A stretch of DNA of 64,000 nucleotides, taken from Balanoglossus misakiensis (taxonomy: Eukaryota; Animalia; Hemichordata). Within the stretch, counting starts at the first letter, position 1, and each line of letters starts with the position of its first letter. The notes under the pieces were generated by a model, which was given only the letters and a program-made list of their open reading frames with translations, was not told where the DNA came from and made no database searches. A program made the translations under genes and the position numbers. Positions 23,582-38,404 of the stretch are shown here, one piece after another. The stretch is from the NCBI GenBank assembly GCA_040954595.2, contig CM082576.2, forward strand, positions 19,267,028 to 19,331,027, written 5' to 3'.

Positions 23582-26500
23582 AACATTAACCAGAGCACAC
23601 AGTAACCAGGCCAGAGTGGCCAGTATCGTGCCCATTAATTTTGAGTGTTTGATGGGGGTCAACCTTTGCGTGAACATTAACCAGAGTACACAGTAACCAG
23701 GCCGTAGTGGACAGTGTTCTGCCCATTAATTTTGAGTGTTTGGTGGGGTCAACCTTTGCGTCAACATTAACCAGAGCACACAGTAACCAGGCCATAGTGG
23801 ACAGTGTTCTGCCCATTAATTTTGAGTGTTTGGTGGGGTCAACCTTTGCGTCAACATTAACCAGAGCACACAGTAACCAGGCCATAGTGGACAGTGTGCT
23901 GCCCATTAATTTTGAGTGTTTGGTGGGGTCAACCTTTGCGTCAACATTAACCAGAGCACGCAGTAACCAGGCCGTAGTGAACAGTGTTCTGCCCATTAAT
24001 TTTGAGTGTTTGGTGGGGTCAACCTTTGCGTCAACAATAACCAGAGCACGCAGTAACCAGGCCGTAGTGGACAGTGTTCTGCCCATTAATTTTGAGTGTT
24101 TGGTGGGGTCAACCTTTGCGTCAACATTAACTAGGCCAGAGTGGCCAGTATCGTGCCCATTAATTTTTAGTGTTTGGTGGGGTCAACCTTTGCGTCAACA
24201 TTAACTAGGCCAGAGTGGCCAGTATCGTGCCCATCAATTTTGAGTGTTTGGTGGGGTCAACCTTTGCGTCAACATTAACTAGGCCAGAGTGGCCAGTATC
24301 GTGCCCATTAATTTTGAGTGTTTGGTGGGGTCAACCTTTGCGTCAACATTAACTAGGCCAGAGTGGCCAGTATCGTGCCCATTAATTTTGAGTGTTTGGT
24401 GGGGGTCAACCTTTGCGTCAACATTAACCAGAGCACACAGTAACCAGGCCGTAGTGGACAGTGTTCTGCCCATTAATTTTGAGTGTTTGGTGGGGTCAAC
24501 CTTTGCGTCAACATTAACCAGAGCACACAGTAACCAGGCCATAGTGGACAGTGTGCTGCCCATTAATTTTGAGTGTTTGGTGGGGTCAACCTTTGCGTCA
24601 ACATTAACCAGAGCACACAGTAACCAGGCCATAGTGGACAGTGTGCTGCCCATTAATTTTGAGTGTTTGGTGGGGTCAACCTTTGCGTCAACATTAACCA
24701 GAGCACACAGTAACCAGGCCGTAGTGGACAGTGTTCTGCCCATTAATTTTGAGTGTTTGGTGGGGTCAACCTTTGCGTCAACATTAACCAGAGCACACAG
24801 TAACCAGGCCGTAGTGGACAGTGTTCTGCCCATTAATTTTGAGTGTTTGGTGGGGTCAACCTTTGCGTCAACATTAACCAGAGCACACAGTAACCAGGCC
24901 GTAGTGGACAGTGTTCTGCCCATTAATTTTGAGTGTTTGGTGGGGTCAACCTTTGCGTCAACATTAACCAGAGCACACAGTAACCAGGCCAGAGTGGCCA
25001 GTATCGTGCCCATTAATTTTGAGTGTTTGATGGGGGTCAACCTTTGCGTCAACATTAACCAGAGCACACAGTAACCAGGCCGTAGTGGACAGTGTTCTGC
25101 CCATTAATTTTGAGTGTTTGGTGGGGTCAACCTTTGCGTCAACATTAACCAGAGCACACAGTAACCAGGCCATAGTGGACAGTGTGCTGCCCATTAATTT
25201 TGAGTCTTTGGTGGGGTCAACCTTTGCGTCAACATTAACCAGAGCACACAGTAACCAGGCCGTAGTGGACAGTGTTCTTCCCATTAATTTTGAGTGTTTG
25301 GTGGGGTCAACCTTTGCGTCAACATTAACCAGAGCACACAGTAACCAGGCCGTAGTGGACAGTGTTCTGCCCATTAATTTTGAGTGTTTGGTGGGGTCAA
25401 CCTTTGCGTCAACATTAACCAGAGCATACAGTAACCAGGCCGTAGTGGACAGTGTTCTGCCCATTAATTTTGAGTGTTTGGTGGGGTCAACCTTTGCGTC
25501 AACATTAACTAGGCCAGAGTGGCCAGTATCGTGCCCATTAATTTTGAGTGTTTGGTGGGGTCAACCTTTGCGTCAACATTAACTAGGCCAGAGTGGCCAG
25601 TATCGTGCCCATTAATTTTGAGTGTTTGGTGGGGTCAACCTTTGCGTCAACATTAACTAGGCCAGAGTGGCCAGTATCGTGCCCATTAATTTTGAGTGTT
25701 TGGTGGGGTCAACCTTTGCGTCAACATTAACTAGGCCAGAGTGGCCAGTATCGTGCCCATTAATTTTGAGTGTTTGGTGGGGGTCAACCTTTGCGTCAAC
25801 ATTAACCAGAGCACACAGTAACCAGGCCGTAGTGGACAGTGTTCTGCCCATTAATTTTGAGTGTTTGGTGGGGTCAACCTTTGCGTCAACATTAACCAGA
25901 GCACACAGTAACCAGGCCATAGTGGACAGTGTGCTGCTCATTAATTTTGAGTGTTTGGTGGGGTCAACCTTTGCGTCAACATTAACCAGAGCACACAGTA
26001 ACCAGGCCGTAGTGGACAGTGTTCTGGCCATTAATTTTGAGTGTTTGGTGGGGTCAACCTTTGCGTCAACATTAACCAGAGCACACAGTAACCAGGCCGT
26101 AGTGGACAGTGTTCTGGCCATTAATTTTGAGTGTTTGGTGGGGTCAACCTTTGCGTCAACATTAACCAGAGCACACAGTAACCAGGCCGTAGTGGACAGT
26201 GTTCTGGCCATTAATTTTGAGTGTTTGGTGGGGTCAACCTTTGCGTCAACATTAACCAGAGCACACAGTAACCAGGCCGTAGTGGACAGTGTTCTGCCCA
26301 TTAATTTTGAGTGTTTGGTGGGGTCAACCTTTGCGTCAACATTAACCAGAGCACACAGTAACCAGGCCGTAGTGGACAGTGTTCTGCCCATTAATTTTGA
26401 GTGTTTGGTGGGGTCAACCTTTGCGTCAACATTAACCAGAGCACACAGTAACCAGGCCATAGTGGACAGTGTTCTGCCCATTAATTTTGAGTGTTTGGTA

Positions 26501-29500
26501 GGGTCAACCTTTGCGTCAACATTAACCAGAGCACACAGTAACCAGGCCATAGTGGACAGTGTTCTGCCCATTAATTTTGAGTGTTTGGTGGGGTCAACCT
26601 TTGCGTCAACATTAACCAGAGCACACAGTAACCAGGCCGTAGTGGACAGTGTTCTGCCCATTAATTTTGAGTGTTTGGTGGGGTCAATCTTTGCGTCAAC
26701 ATTAACCAGAGCACACAGTAACCAGGCCATAGTGGACAGTGTGCTGCCCATTAATTTTGAGTGTTTGGTGGGGTCAACCTTTGCGTCAACATTAACCAGA
26801 GCACAGAGTAACCAGGCCATAGTGGACAGTGTTCTGCCCATTAATTTTGAGTGTTTGGTGGGGTCAACCTTTGCGTCAACATTAATCAGAGCACACAGTA
26901 ACCAGGCCGTAGTGGACAGTGTTCTGCCCATTAATTTTGAGTGTTTGGTGGGGTCAACCTTTGCGTCAACATTAACCAGAGCACACAGTAACCAGGCCAT
27001 AGTGGACAGTGTTCTGCCCATTAATTTTGAGTGTTTGGTGGGGTCAACCTTTGCGTCAACATTAACCAGAGCACACAGTAACCAGGCCGTAGTGGACAGT
27101 GTTCTGCCCATTAATTTTGAGTGTTTGGTGGGGTCAACCTTTGCGTCAACATTAACTAGGCCAGAGTGGCCAGTATCGTGCCCATTAATTTTGAGTGTTT
27201 GGTGGGGTCAACCTTTGCGTCAACATTAACTAGGCCAGAGTGGCCAGTATCGTGCCCATTAATTTTGAGTGTTTGGTGGGGTCAACCTTTGCGTCAACAT
27301 TAACTAGGCCAGAGTGGCCAGTATCGTGCCCATTAATTTTGAGTGTTTGGAGGGGTCAACCTTTGCGTCAACATTAACTAGGCCAGAGTGGCCAGTATCG
27401 TGCCCATTAATTTTGAGTGTTTGGTGGGGTCAACCTTTGCGTCAACATTAACCAGAGCACACAGTAACCAGGCCGTAGTGGACAGTGTTCTGGCCATTAA
27501 TTTTGAGTGTTTGGTGGGGTCAACCTTTGCGTCAACATTAACCAGAGCACACAGTAACCAGGCCGTAGTGGACAGTGTGCTGCCCATTAATTTTGAGTGT
27601 TTGGTGGGGTCAACCTTTGCGTCAACATTAACCAGAGCACACAGTAACCAGGCCGTAGTGGACAGTGTTCTGCCCATTAATTTTGAGTGTTTGGTGGGGT
27701 CAACCTTTGCGTCAACATTAACCAGAGCACACAGTAACCAGGCCGTAGTGGACAGTGTTCTGCCCATTAATTTTGAGTGTTTGGTGGGGTCAACCTTTGC
27801 GTCAACATTAACTAGGCCAGAGTGGCCAGTATCGTGCCCATTAATTTTGAGTGTTTGGTGGGGTCAACCTTTGCGTCAACATTAACTAGGCCAGAGTGGC
27901 CAGTATCGTGCCCATTAATTTTGAGTGTTTGGTGGGGTCAACCTTTGCGTCAACATTAACTAGGCCAGAGTGGCCAGTATCGTGCCCATTAATTTTGAGT
28001 GTTTGGAGGGGTCAACCTTTGCGTCAACATTAACTAGGCCAGAGTGGCCAGTATCGTGCCCATTAATTTTGAGTGTTTGGTGGGGTCAACCTTTGCGTCA
28101 ACATTAACCAGAGCACACAGTAACCAGGCCGTAGTGGACAGTGTTCTGGCCATTAATTTTGAGTGTTTGGTGGGGTCAACCTTTGCGTCAACATTAACCA
28201 GAGCACACAGTAACCAGGCCGTAGTGGACAGTGTGCTGCCCATTAATTTTGAGTGTTTGGTGGGGTCAACCTTTGCGTCAACATTAACCAGAGCACACAG
28301 TAACCAGGCCGTAGTGGACAGTGTTCTGCCCATTAATTTTGAGTGTTTGGTGGGGTCAACCTTTGCGTCAACATTAACCAGAGCACACAGTAACCAGGCC
28401 GTAGTGGACAGTGTTCTGCCCATTAATTTTGAGTGTTTGGTGGGGTCAACCTTTGCGTCAACATTAACCAGAGCACACAGTAACCAGGCCGTAGTGGACA
28501 GTGTTCTGCCCATTAATTTTGAGTGTTTGGTGGGGTCAACCTTTGCGTCAACATTAACCAGAGCACACAGTAACCAGGCCGTAGTGGACAGTGTTCTGCC
28601 CATTAATTTTGAGTGTTTGGTGGGGTCAACCTTTGCGTCAACATTTACCAGAGCACACAGTAACCAGGCCGTAGTGGACAGTGTTCTGCCCATTAATTTT
28701 GAGTGTTTGGTGGGGTCAACCTTTGCGTCAACATTAACCAGAGCACACAGTAACCAGGCCGTAGTGGACAGTGTTCTGCCCATTAATTTTGAGTGTTTGG
28801 TGGGGTCAACCTTTGCGTCAACATTAACCAGAGCACACAGTAACCAGGCCATAGTGGACAGTGTGCTGCCCATTAATTTTGAGTGTTTGGTGGGGTCAAC
28901 CTTTGCGTCAACATTAACCAGAGCACACAGTAACCAGGCCATAGTGGACAGTGTTCTGCCCATTAATTTTGAGTGTTTGGTGGGGTCAACCTTTGCGTCA
29001 ACATTAACCAGAGCACACAGTAACCAGGCCGTAGTGGACAGTGTTCTGCCCATTAATTTTGAGTGTTTGGTGGGGTCAACCTTTGCGTCAACATTAACCA
29101 GAGCACACAGTAACCAGGCCGTAGTGGACAGTGTTCTGCCCATTAATTTTGAGTGTTTGGTGGGGTCAACCTTTGCGTCAACATTAACCAGAGCACACAG
29201 TAACCAGGCCATAGTGGACAGTGTTCTGCCCATTAATTTTGAGTGTTTGGTGGGGTCAACCTTTGCGTCAACATTAACCAGAGCACACAGTAACCAGGCC
29301 GTAGTGGACAGTGTTCTGCCCATTAATTTTGAGTGTTTGGTGGGGTCAACCTTTGCGTCAACATTAACCAGAGCACACAGTAACCAGGCCGTAGTGGACA
29401 GTGTGCTGCCCATTAATTTTGAGTGTTTGGTGGGGTCAACCTTTGCGTCAACATTAACCAGAGCACAGAGTAACCAGGCCATAGTGGACAGTGTTCTGCC

Positions 29501-32500
29501 CATTAATTTTGAGTGTTTGGTGGGGTCAACCTTTGCGTCAACATTAATCAGAGCACACAGTAACCAGGCCGTAGTGGACAGTGTTCTGCCCATTAATTTT
29601 GAGTGTTTGGTGGGGTCAACCTTTGCGTCAACATTAACCAGAGCACACAGTAACCAGGCCATAGTGGACAGTGTTCTGCCCATTAATTTTGAGTGTTTGG
29701 TGGGGTCAACCTTTGCGTCAACATTAACCAGAGCACACAGTAACCAGGCCGTAGTGGACAGTGTTCTTCCCATTAATTTTGAGTGTTTGGTGGGGTCAAC
29801 CTTTGCGTCAACATTAACTAGGCCAGAGTGGCCAGTATCGTGCCCATTAATTTTGAGTGTTTGGTGGGGTCAACCTTTGCGTCAACATTAACTAGGCCAG
29901 AGTGGCCAGTATCGTGCCCATTATTTTTGAGTGTTTGGTGGGGTCAACCTTTGCGTCAACATTAACTAGGCCAGAGTGGCCAGTATCGTGCCCATTAATT
30001 TTGAGTGTTTGGTGGGGTCAACCTTTGCGTCAACATTAACTAGGCCAGAGTGGCCAGTATCGTGCCCATTAATTTTGAGTGTTTGGTGGGGGTCAACCTT
30101 TGCGTCAACATTAACCAGAGCACACAGTAACCAGGCCGTAGTGGACAGTGTTCTGCCCATTAATTTTGAGTGTTTGGTGGGGTCAACCTTTGCGTCAACA
30201 TTAACCAGAGCACACAGTAACCAGGCCATAGTGGACAGTGTGCTGCCCATTAATTTTGAGTGTTTGGTGGGGTCAACCTTTGCGTCCAAATTAACCAGAG
30301 CACACAGTAACCAGGCCATAGTGGACAGTGTTCTGCCCATTAATTTTGAGTGTTTGGTGGGGTCAACCTTTGCGTCAACATTAACCAGAGCACACAGTAA
30401 CCAGGCCGTAGTGGACAGTGTTCTGCCCATTAATTTTGAGTGTTTGGTGGGGTCAACCTTTGCGTCAACATTAACCAGAGCACACAGTAACCAGGCCGTA
30501 GTGGACAGTGTTCTGCCCATTAATTTTGAGTGTTTGGTGGGGTCAACCTTTGCGTCAACATTAACCAGAGCACACAGTAACCAGGCCATAGTGGACAGTG
30601 TTCTGCCCATTTATTTTGAGTGTTTGGTGGGGTCAACCTTTGCGTCAACATTAACCAGAGCACACAGTAACCAGGCCGTAGTGGACAGTGTTCTGCCCAT
30701 TAATTTTGAGTGTTTGGTGGGGTCAACCTTTGCGTCAACATTAACCAGAGCAGACAGTAACCAGGCCGTAGTGGACAGTGTGCTGCCCATTAATTTTGAG
30801 TGTTTGGTGGGGTCAACCTTTGCGTCAACATTAACCAGAGCACAGAGTAACCAGGCCATAGTGGACAGTGTTCTGCCCATTAATTTTGAGTGTTTGGTGG
30901 GGTCAACCTTTGCATCAACATTAATCAGAGCACACAGTAACCAGGCCGTAGTGGACAGTGTTCTGCCCATTAATTTTGAGTGTTTGGTGGGGTCAACCTT
31001 TGCATCAACATTAACCAGAGCACACAGTAACCAGGCCATAGTGGACAGTGTTCTGCCCATTAATTTTGAGTGTTTGGTGGGGTCAACCTTTGCGTCAACA
31101 TTAACCAGAGCACACAGTAACCAGGCCGTAGTGGACAGTGTTCTGCCCATTAATTTTGAGTGTTTGGTGGGGTCAACCTTTGCGTCAACATTAACTAGGC
31201 CAGAGTGGCCAGTATCGTGCCCATTAATTTTGAGTGTTTGGTGGGGTCAACCTTTGCGTCAACATTAACTAGGCCAGAGTGGCCAGTATCGTGCCCATTA
31301 ATTTTGAGTGTTTGGTGGGGTCAACCTTTGCGTCAACATTAACTAGGCCAGAGTGGCCAGTATCGTGCCCATTAATTTTGAGTGTTTGGTGGGGTCAACC
31401 TTTGCGTCAACATTAACTAGGCCAGAGTGGCCAGTATCGTGCCCATTAATTTTGAGTGTTTGGTGGGGGTCAACCTTTGCGTCAACATTAACCAGAGCAC
31501 ACAGTAACCAGGCCGTAGTGGACAGTGTTCGGCCCATTAATTTTGAGTGTTTGGTGGGGTCAACCTTTGCGTCAACATTAACCAGAGCACACAGTAACCA
31601 GGCCATAGTGGACAGTGTGCTGCCCATTAATTTTGAGTGTTTGGTGGGGTCAACCTTTGCGTCCAAATTAACCAGAGCACACAGTAACCAGGCCATAGTG
31701 GACAGTGTTCTGCCCATTAATTTTGAGTGTTTGGTGGGGTCAACCTTTGCGTCAACATTAACCAGAGCACACAGTAACCAGGCCGTAGTGGACAGTGTTC
31801 TGCCCATTAATTTTGAGTGTTTGGTGGGGTCAACCTTTGCGTCAACATTAACCAGAGCACACAGTAACCAGGCCGTAGTGGACAGTGTTCTGCCCATTAA
31901 TTTTGAGTGTTTGGTGGGGTCAACCTTTGCGTCAACATTAACCAGAGCACACAGTAACCAGGCCATAGTGGACAGTGTTCTGCCCATTTATTTTGAGTGT
32001 TTGGTGGGGTCAACCTTTGCGTCAACATTAACCAGAGCACACAGTAACCAGGCCGTAGTGGACAGTGTTCTGCCCATTAATTTTGAGTGTTTGGTGGGGT
32101 CAACCTTTGCGTCAACATTAACCAGAGCAGACAGTAACCAGGCCATAGTGGACAGTGTGCTGCCCATTAATTTTGAGTGTTTGGTGGGGTCAACCTTTGC
32201 GTCAACATTAACCAGAGCACAGAGTAACCAGGCCATAGTGGACAGTGTTCTGCCCATTAATTTTGAGTGTTTGGTGGGGTCAACCTTTGCATCAACATTA
32301 ATCAGAGCACACAGTAACCAGGCCGTAGTGGACAGTGTTCTGCCCATTAATTTTGAGTGTTTGGTGGGGTCAACCTTTGCATCAACATTAACCAGAGCAC
32401 ACAGTAACCAGGCCATAGTGGACAGTGTTCTGCCCATTAATTTTGAGTGTTTGGTGGGGTCAACCTTTGCGTCAACATTAACCAGAGCACACAGTAACCA

Positions 32501-35500
32501 GGCCGTAGTGGACAGTGTTCTGCCCATTAATTTTGAGTGTTTGGTGGGGTCAACCTTTGCGTCAACATTAACTAGGCCAGAGTGGCCAGTATCGTGCCCA
32601 TTAATTTTGAGTGTTTGGTGGGGTCAACCTTTGCGTCAACATTAACTAGGCCAGAGTGGCCAGTATCGTGCCCATTAATTTTGAGTGTTTGGTGGGGTCA
32701 ACCTTTGCGTCAACATTAACTAGGCCAGAGTGGCCAGTATCGTGCCCATTAATTTTGAGTGTTTGGTGGGGTCAACCTTTGCGTCAACATTAACTAGGCC
32801 AGAGTGGCCAGTATCGTGCCCATTAATTTTGAGTGTTTGGTGGGGGTCAACCTTTGCGTCAACATTAACCAGAGCACACAGTAACCAGGCCGTAGTGGAC
32901 AGTGTTCTGCCCATTAATTTTGAGTGTTTGGTGGGGTCAACCTTTGCGTCAACATTAACCAGAGCACACAGTAACCAGGCCATAGTGGACAGTGTGCTGC
33001 CCATTAATTTTGAGTGTTTGGTGGGGTCAACCTTTGCGTCAACATTAACCAGAGCACACAGTAACCAGGCCATAGTGGACAGTGTTCTGCCCATTAATTT
33101 TGAGTGTTTGGTGGGGTCAACCTTTGCGTCAACATTAACCAGAGCACACAGTAACCAGGCCGTAGTGGACAGTGTTCTGCCCATTAATTTTGAGTGTTTG
33201 GTGGGGTCAACCTTTGCGTCAACATTAACCAGAGCACACAGTAACCAGGCCGTAGTGGACAGTGTTCTGCCCATTAATTTTGAGTGTTTGGTGGGGTCAA
33301 CCTTTGCGTCAACATTAACCAGAGCACACAGTAACCAGGCCATAGTGGACAGTGTTCTGCCCATTAATTTTGAGTGTTTGGTGGGGTCAACCTTTGCGTC
33401 AACATAGACCAGAGCACACAGTAACCAGGCCGTAGTGGACAGTGTTCTGCCCATTAATTTTGAGTGTTTGGTGGGGTCAACCTTTGCGTCAACATTAACC
33501 AGAGCACACAGTAACCAGGCCATAGTGGACAGTGTGCTGCCCATTAATTTTGAGTGTTTGGTGGGGTCAACCTTTGCGTCAACATTAACCAGAGCACACA
33601 GTAACCAGGCCATAGTGGACAGTGTTCTGCCCATTAATTTTGAGTGTTTGGTGGGGTCAACCTTTGCGTCAACATTAACCAGAGCACACAGTAACCAGGC
33701 CATAGTGGACAGTATGCTGCCCATTGATTTTGAGTGTTTGGTGGCGTCAACCTTTGCGTCAACATTAACCAGAGCACACAATAACCAGGCCGTAGTGGAC
33801 AGTGTTCTGCCCATTAATTTTGAGTGTTTGGTGGTGTCAACCTTTGCGTCAACATTAACCAGAGCACACAGTAACCAGGCCATAGTGGACAGTGTTCTGC
33901 CCATTAATTTTGAGTGTTTGGTGGGGTCTACCTTTGCGTCAACATTAACCAGAGCACACAGTAACCAGTCCGTAGTGGACAGTGTGCTGCCCATTAATTT
34001 TGAGTGTTTGGTGGGGTCAACCTTTGCGTCAACATTAACTAGGCCAGAGTGGCCAGTATCGTGCCCATTAATTTTGAGTGTTTGGTGGGGGTCAACCTTT
34101 GCGTCAACATTAACTAGGCCAGAGTGGCCAGTATCGTGCCCATTAATTTTGAGTGTTTGGTGGGGGTCAACCTTTGCGTCAACATTAACTAGGCCAGAGT
34201 GGCCAGTATCCTGCCCATTAATTTTGAGTGTTTGGTGGGGTCAACCTTTGCATCAACATTAACCAGAGCACACAGTAACCAGGCCATAGTGGACAGTGTT
34301 CTGCCCATTAATTTTGAGTGTTTGGTGGGGTCAACCTTTGCGTCAACATTAACCAAAGCACACAGTAACCAGGCCATAGTGGACAGTGTGCTGCCCATTA
34401 ATTTTGAGTGTTTGGTGGGGTCAACCTTTGCGTCAACATTAACTAGGCCAGAGTGGCCAGTATCGTGCCCATTAATTTTGAGTGTTTGGTGGGGGTCAAC
34501 CTTTGCGTCAACATTAACTAGGCCAGAGTGGCCAGTATCGTGCCCATTAATTTTGAGTGTTTGGTGGGGGTCAACCTTTGCGTCAACATTAACTAGGCCA
34601 GAGTGGCCAGTATCCTGCCCATTAATTTTGAGTGTTTGGTGGGGTCAACCTTTGCATCAACATTAACCAGAGCACACAGTAACCAGGCCATAGTGGACAG
34701 TGTTCTGCCCATTAATTTTGAGTGTTTGGTGGGGTCAACCTTTGCGTCAACATTAACCAAAGCACACAGTAACCAGGCCATAGTGGACAGTGTGCTGCCC
34801 ATTAATTTTGAGTGTTTGGTGGGGTCAACCTTTGCGTCAACATTAACCAGAGCACACAGTAACCAGGCCATAGTGGACAGTGTTCTGCCCATTAATTTTG
34901 AGTGTTTGGTGGGGTCAACCTTTGCGTCAACATTAACCAGAGCACACAGTAACCAGTCCATAGTGGACAGTGTGCTGCCCATTAATTTTGAGTGTTTGGT
35001 GGGGTCAACCTTTGCGTCAACATTAACTAGGCCAGATTGGCCAGTATCGTGCCCATTAATTTTGAGTGTTTGGTGGGGGTCAACCTTTGCGTCAACATTA
35101 ACTAGGCCAGAGTGGCCAGTATCGTGCCCATTAATTTTGAGTGTTTGGTGGGGGTCAAACTTTGCGTCAACATTAACTAGGCCAGAGTGGCCAGTATCCT
35201 GCCCATTACTTTTGAGTGTTTGGTGGGGTCAACCTTTGCATCAACATTAACCAGAGCACACAGTAACCAGGCCATAGTGGACAGTGTTCTGCCCATTAAA
35301 TTTGAGTGTTTGGTGGGGTCAACCTTTGCGTCAACATTAACCAGAGCACACAGTAACCAGGCCATAGTGGACAGTGTGCTGCCCATTAATTTTGAGTGTT
35401 TGGTGGGGTCAACCTTTGCGTCAACATAGACCAGAGCACACAGTAACCAGGCCGTAGTGGACAGTGTTCTGCCCATTAATTTTGAGTGTTTGGTGGGGTC

Positions 35501-37460
35501 AACCTTTGCGTCAACATTAACCAGAGCACACAGTAACCAGGCCATAGTGGACAGTGTGCTGCCCATTAATTTTGAGTGTTTGGTGGGGTCAACCTTTGCG
35601 TCAACATTAACCAGAGCACACAGTAACCAGGCCATAGTGGACAGTGTTCTGCCCATTAATTTTGAGTGTTCGGTGGGGTCAACCTTTGCGTCAACATTAA
35701 CCAGAGCACACAGTAACCAGGCCATAGTGGACAATGTGCTGCCCATTAATTTTGAGTGTTTGGTGGCGTCAACCTTTGCGTCAACATTAACCAGAGCACA
35801 CAGTAACCAGGCCGTAGTGGACAGTGTTCTGCCCATTAATTTTGAGTGTTCGGTGGGGTCAACCTTTGCGTCAACATTAACCAGAGCACACAGTAACCAG
35901 GCCATAGTGGACAGTGTGCTGCCCATTAATTTTGAGTGTTCGGTGGGGTCAACCTTTGCGTCAACATTAACCAGAGCACACAGTAACCAGGCCATATAGG
36001 ACAGTATGCTGCCCATTAATTTTGAGTGTTTGGTGGGGTCAACCTTTGCGTCAACATTAACCAGAGCACACAGTAACCAGGCCGTAGTGGACAGTGTTCT
36101 GCCCATTAATTTTGAGTGTTCGGTGGGGTCAACCTTTGCGTCAACATTAACCAGAGCACACAGTAACCAGGCCATAGTGGACAGTGTGCTGCCCATTAAT
36201 TTTGAGTGTTTGGTGGCGTCAACCTTTGCGTCAACATTAACCAGAGCACACAATAACCAGGCCGTAGTGGACAGTGTTCTGCCCATTAATTTTGAGTGTT
36301 TGGTGGGGTCAACCTTTGCGTCAACATTAACCAGAGCACACAGTAACCAGGCCATAGTGGACAGTGTTCTGCCCATTAATTTTGAGTGTTTGGTGGGGTC
36401 AACCTTTGCGTCAACATTAACCAGAGCACACAGTAACCAGTCCGTAGTGGACAGTGTGCTGCCCATTAATTTTGAGTGTTTGGTGGGGTCAACCTTTGCG
36501 TCAACATTAACTAGGCCAGAGTGGCCAGTATCGTGCCCATTAATTTTGAGTGTTTGGTGGGGGTCAACCTTTGCGTCAACATTAACTAGGCCAGAGTGGC
36601 CAGTATCGTGCCCATTAATTGTGAGTGTTTGGTGGGGGTCAACCTTTGCGTCAACATTAACTAGGCCAGAGTGGCCAGTATCCTGCCCATTAATTTTGAG
36701 TGTTTGGTGGGGTCAACCTTTGCATCAACATTAACCAGAGCACACAGTAACCAGGCCGTAGTGGACAGTGTGCTGCCCATTAATTTTGAGTGTTTGGTGG
36801 GGTCAACCTTTGCGTCAACATTAACTAGGCCAGAGTGGCCAGTATCGTGCCCATTAATTTTGAGTGTTTGGTGGGGGTCAACCTTTGCGTCAACATTAAC
36901 TAGGCCAGAGTGGCCAGTATCCTGCCCATTAATTTTGAGTGTTTGGTGGGGTCAACCTTTGCATCAACATTAACCAGAGCACACAGTAACCAGGCCATAG
37001 TGGACAGTGTTCTGCCCATTAATTTTGAGTGTTTGGTGGGGTCAACCTTTGCATCAACATTAACCAGAGCACACAGTAACCAGGCCGTAGTGGACAGTGT
37101 GCTGCCCATTAATTTTGAGTGTTTGGTGGGGTCAACCTTTGCGTCAACATTAACCAGAGCACACAGTAACCAGGCCATAGTGGACAGTATGCTGCCCATT
37201 GATTTTGAGTGTTTGGTGGGGTCAACCTTTGCGTCAACATTAACTAGGCCAGAGTGGCCAGTATCGTGCCCATTAATTTTGAGTGTTTGGTGGGGTCAAC
37301 CTTTGCGTCTACATTAACTAGGCCAGAGTGGCCAGTATGCTGCCTATTAATTTTGAGTGTTTGGTGGGGTCAACCTTTGCGTCAACATTAAGCAGGCCAG
37401 ACAGTAACCAGGCCAGAGTGGACAGTATCCTGCCTATTAATTTTGAGTGATTTGTGGGTC
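23582..37460. repeat. Tandem satellite array of 90-bp and 74/75-bp monomers with a ~1377-bp higher-order repeat
   Basis: 90-mer aacattaaccagagcacacagtaaccaggccRtagtggacagtgttctgcccattaattttgagtgtttggtggggtcaacctttgcgtc, interspersed with runs of the 74-mer aacattaactaggccagagtggccagtatcgtg...; diagnostic variants recur at 1377-bp spacing. Confidence 0.98.
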
Positions 37461-37872
37461 AATTTGATCAAATACTGCCTACCGCTGGCGCTGCATATTT
37501 GAAGAAATGTGAAAAGATGGCAAGACAGGTTTGGTAAATGTGGGCCCCCTAACTGAAGCAAAAGCACAAACTTAAAACAAAGATATGAATTTGGAAGAGT
37601 TTTATTTAATACATATGAAAAATAATGAAGACTTATGCTTCAAAGTAAGTATCGACGGAGTCGAACCGCCAATGCTGCAATGGCATTATACCCATAATAC
37701 TTTTTTGCTTTTTGCATGAATTTCATTATTTTTCATATGCTGTGCAGCTAAAGTGTGGCTAGATGACTAACTGCTGATGTAAAATATCTTGCATACCAAT
37801 TTGGAACAATTACCCCAAGTAGTGGTCAAACAGAAACAATGCTTGCATTCAATTTAAAACAAGGTGACAAAA

Positions 37873-37979
37873 GTGGTTGAAATGAAACAATAAGCAAAAA
37901 CAGTGTTTATCAAACTGAAATAATGTGGTCGAAATGAAACAATGAGCAAAAACAGTGTTTATCAAACTGAAATAATGTG
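37873..37979. repeat. 52-bp tandem duplication (2 copies)
   Basis: gtggtYgaaatgaaacaatRagcaaaaacagtgtttatcaaactgaaataat twice. Confidence 0.85.
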
Positions 37980-38404
37980 CCAAAATAGCTCCTGTTGATA
38001 TTGCACAAAATTAACTGTTGCATTCTACCCTTGAGTTAATTTTTATTTCCAGGCAATTATGTGCTTAATACTAAATATTATCTATGGGTACAAACCATCA
38101 GTTTCTTAAGTGCAAATCGCAAGAAGCTCCCCCATACAATTTTAGTGTTTTTTAAATCAAGCAAGATAATTACATACTGTGTGATAAACTAACTAACTTT
38201 ACGCGCCTGGGGACAGTTAAAAACCTCGAGCCAAATATAAAATGAGGAAAAACTGCCCCCTCCCCCGTTGTGAATTTTAAAAGGTTGGGGCTCAAACTAA
38301 CCAGAATTGTCTTGCCGACTCCTATTTTTCTGTGTACATTTTGATGTATTGTTGTTACGCGAGATTGAGGATTCGTGTTGATGCGGGAATTACGATGACG
38401 AAAG

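Noticed and set aside
23496-37317. Long ORFs of up to 615 aa on both strands in the array
   Set aside because: A 90-bp monomer that lacks stops in one frame per strand gives these automatically. The 74-bp units shift the frame, some variants create stops, and I see no splice or domain evidence.
23582-37460. CRISPR-like constant/variable alternation
   Set aside because: The variable parts are two recurring monomer types, not unique spacers. There are no cas genes and the context is eukaryotic.
37612-37740. tRNA B-box-like ggagtcgaacc inside an 18-bp inverted repeat
   Set aside because: No cloverleaf or A box; at most a SINE or MITE remnant.
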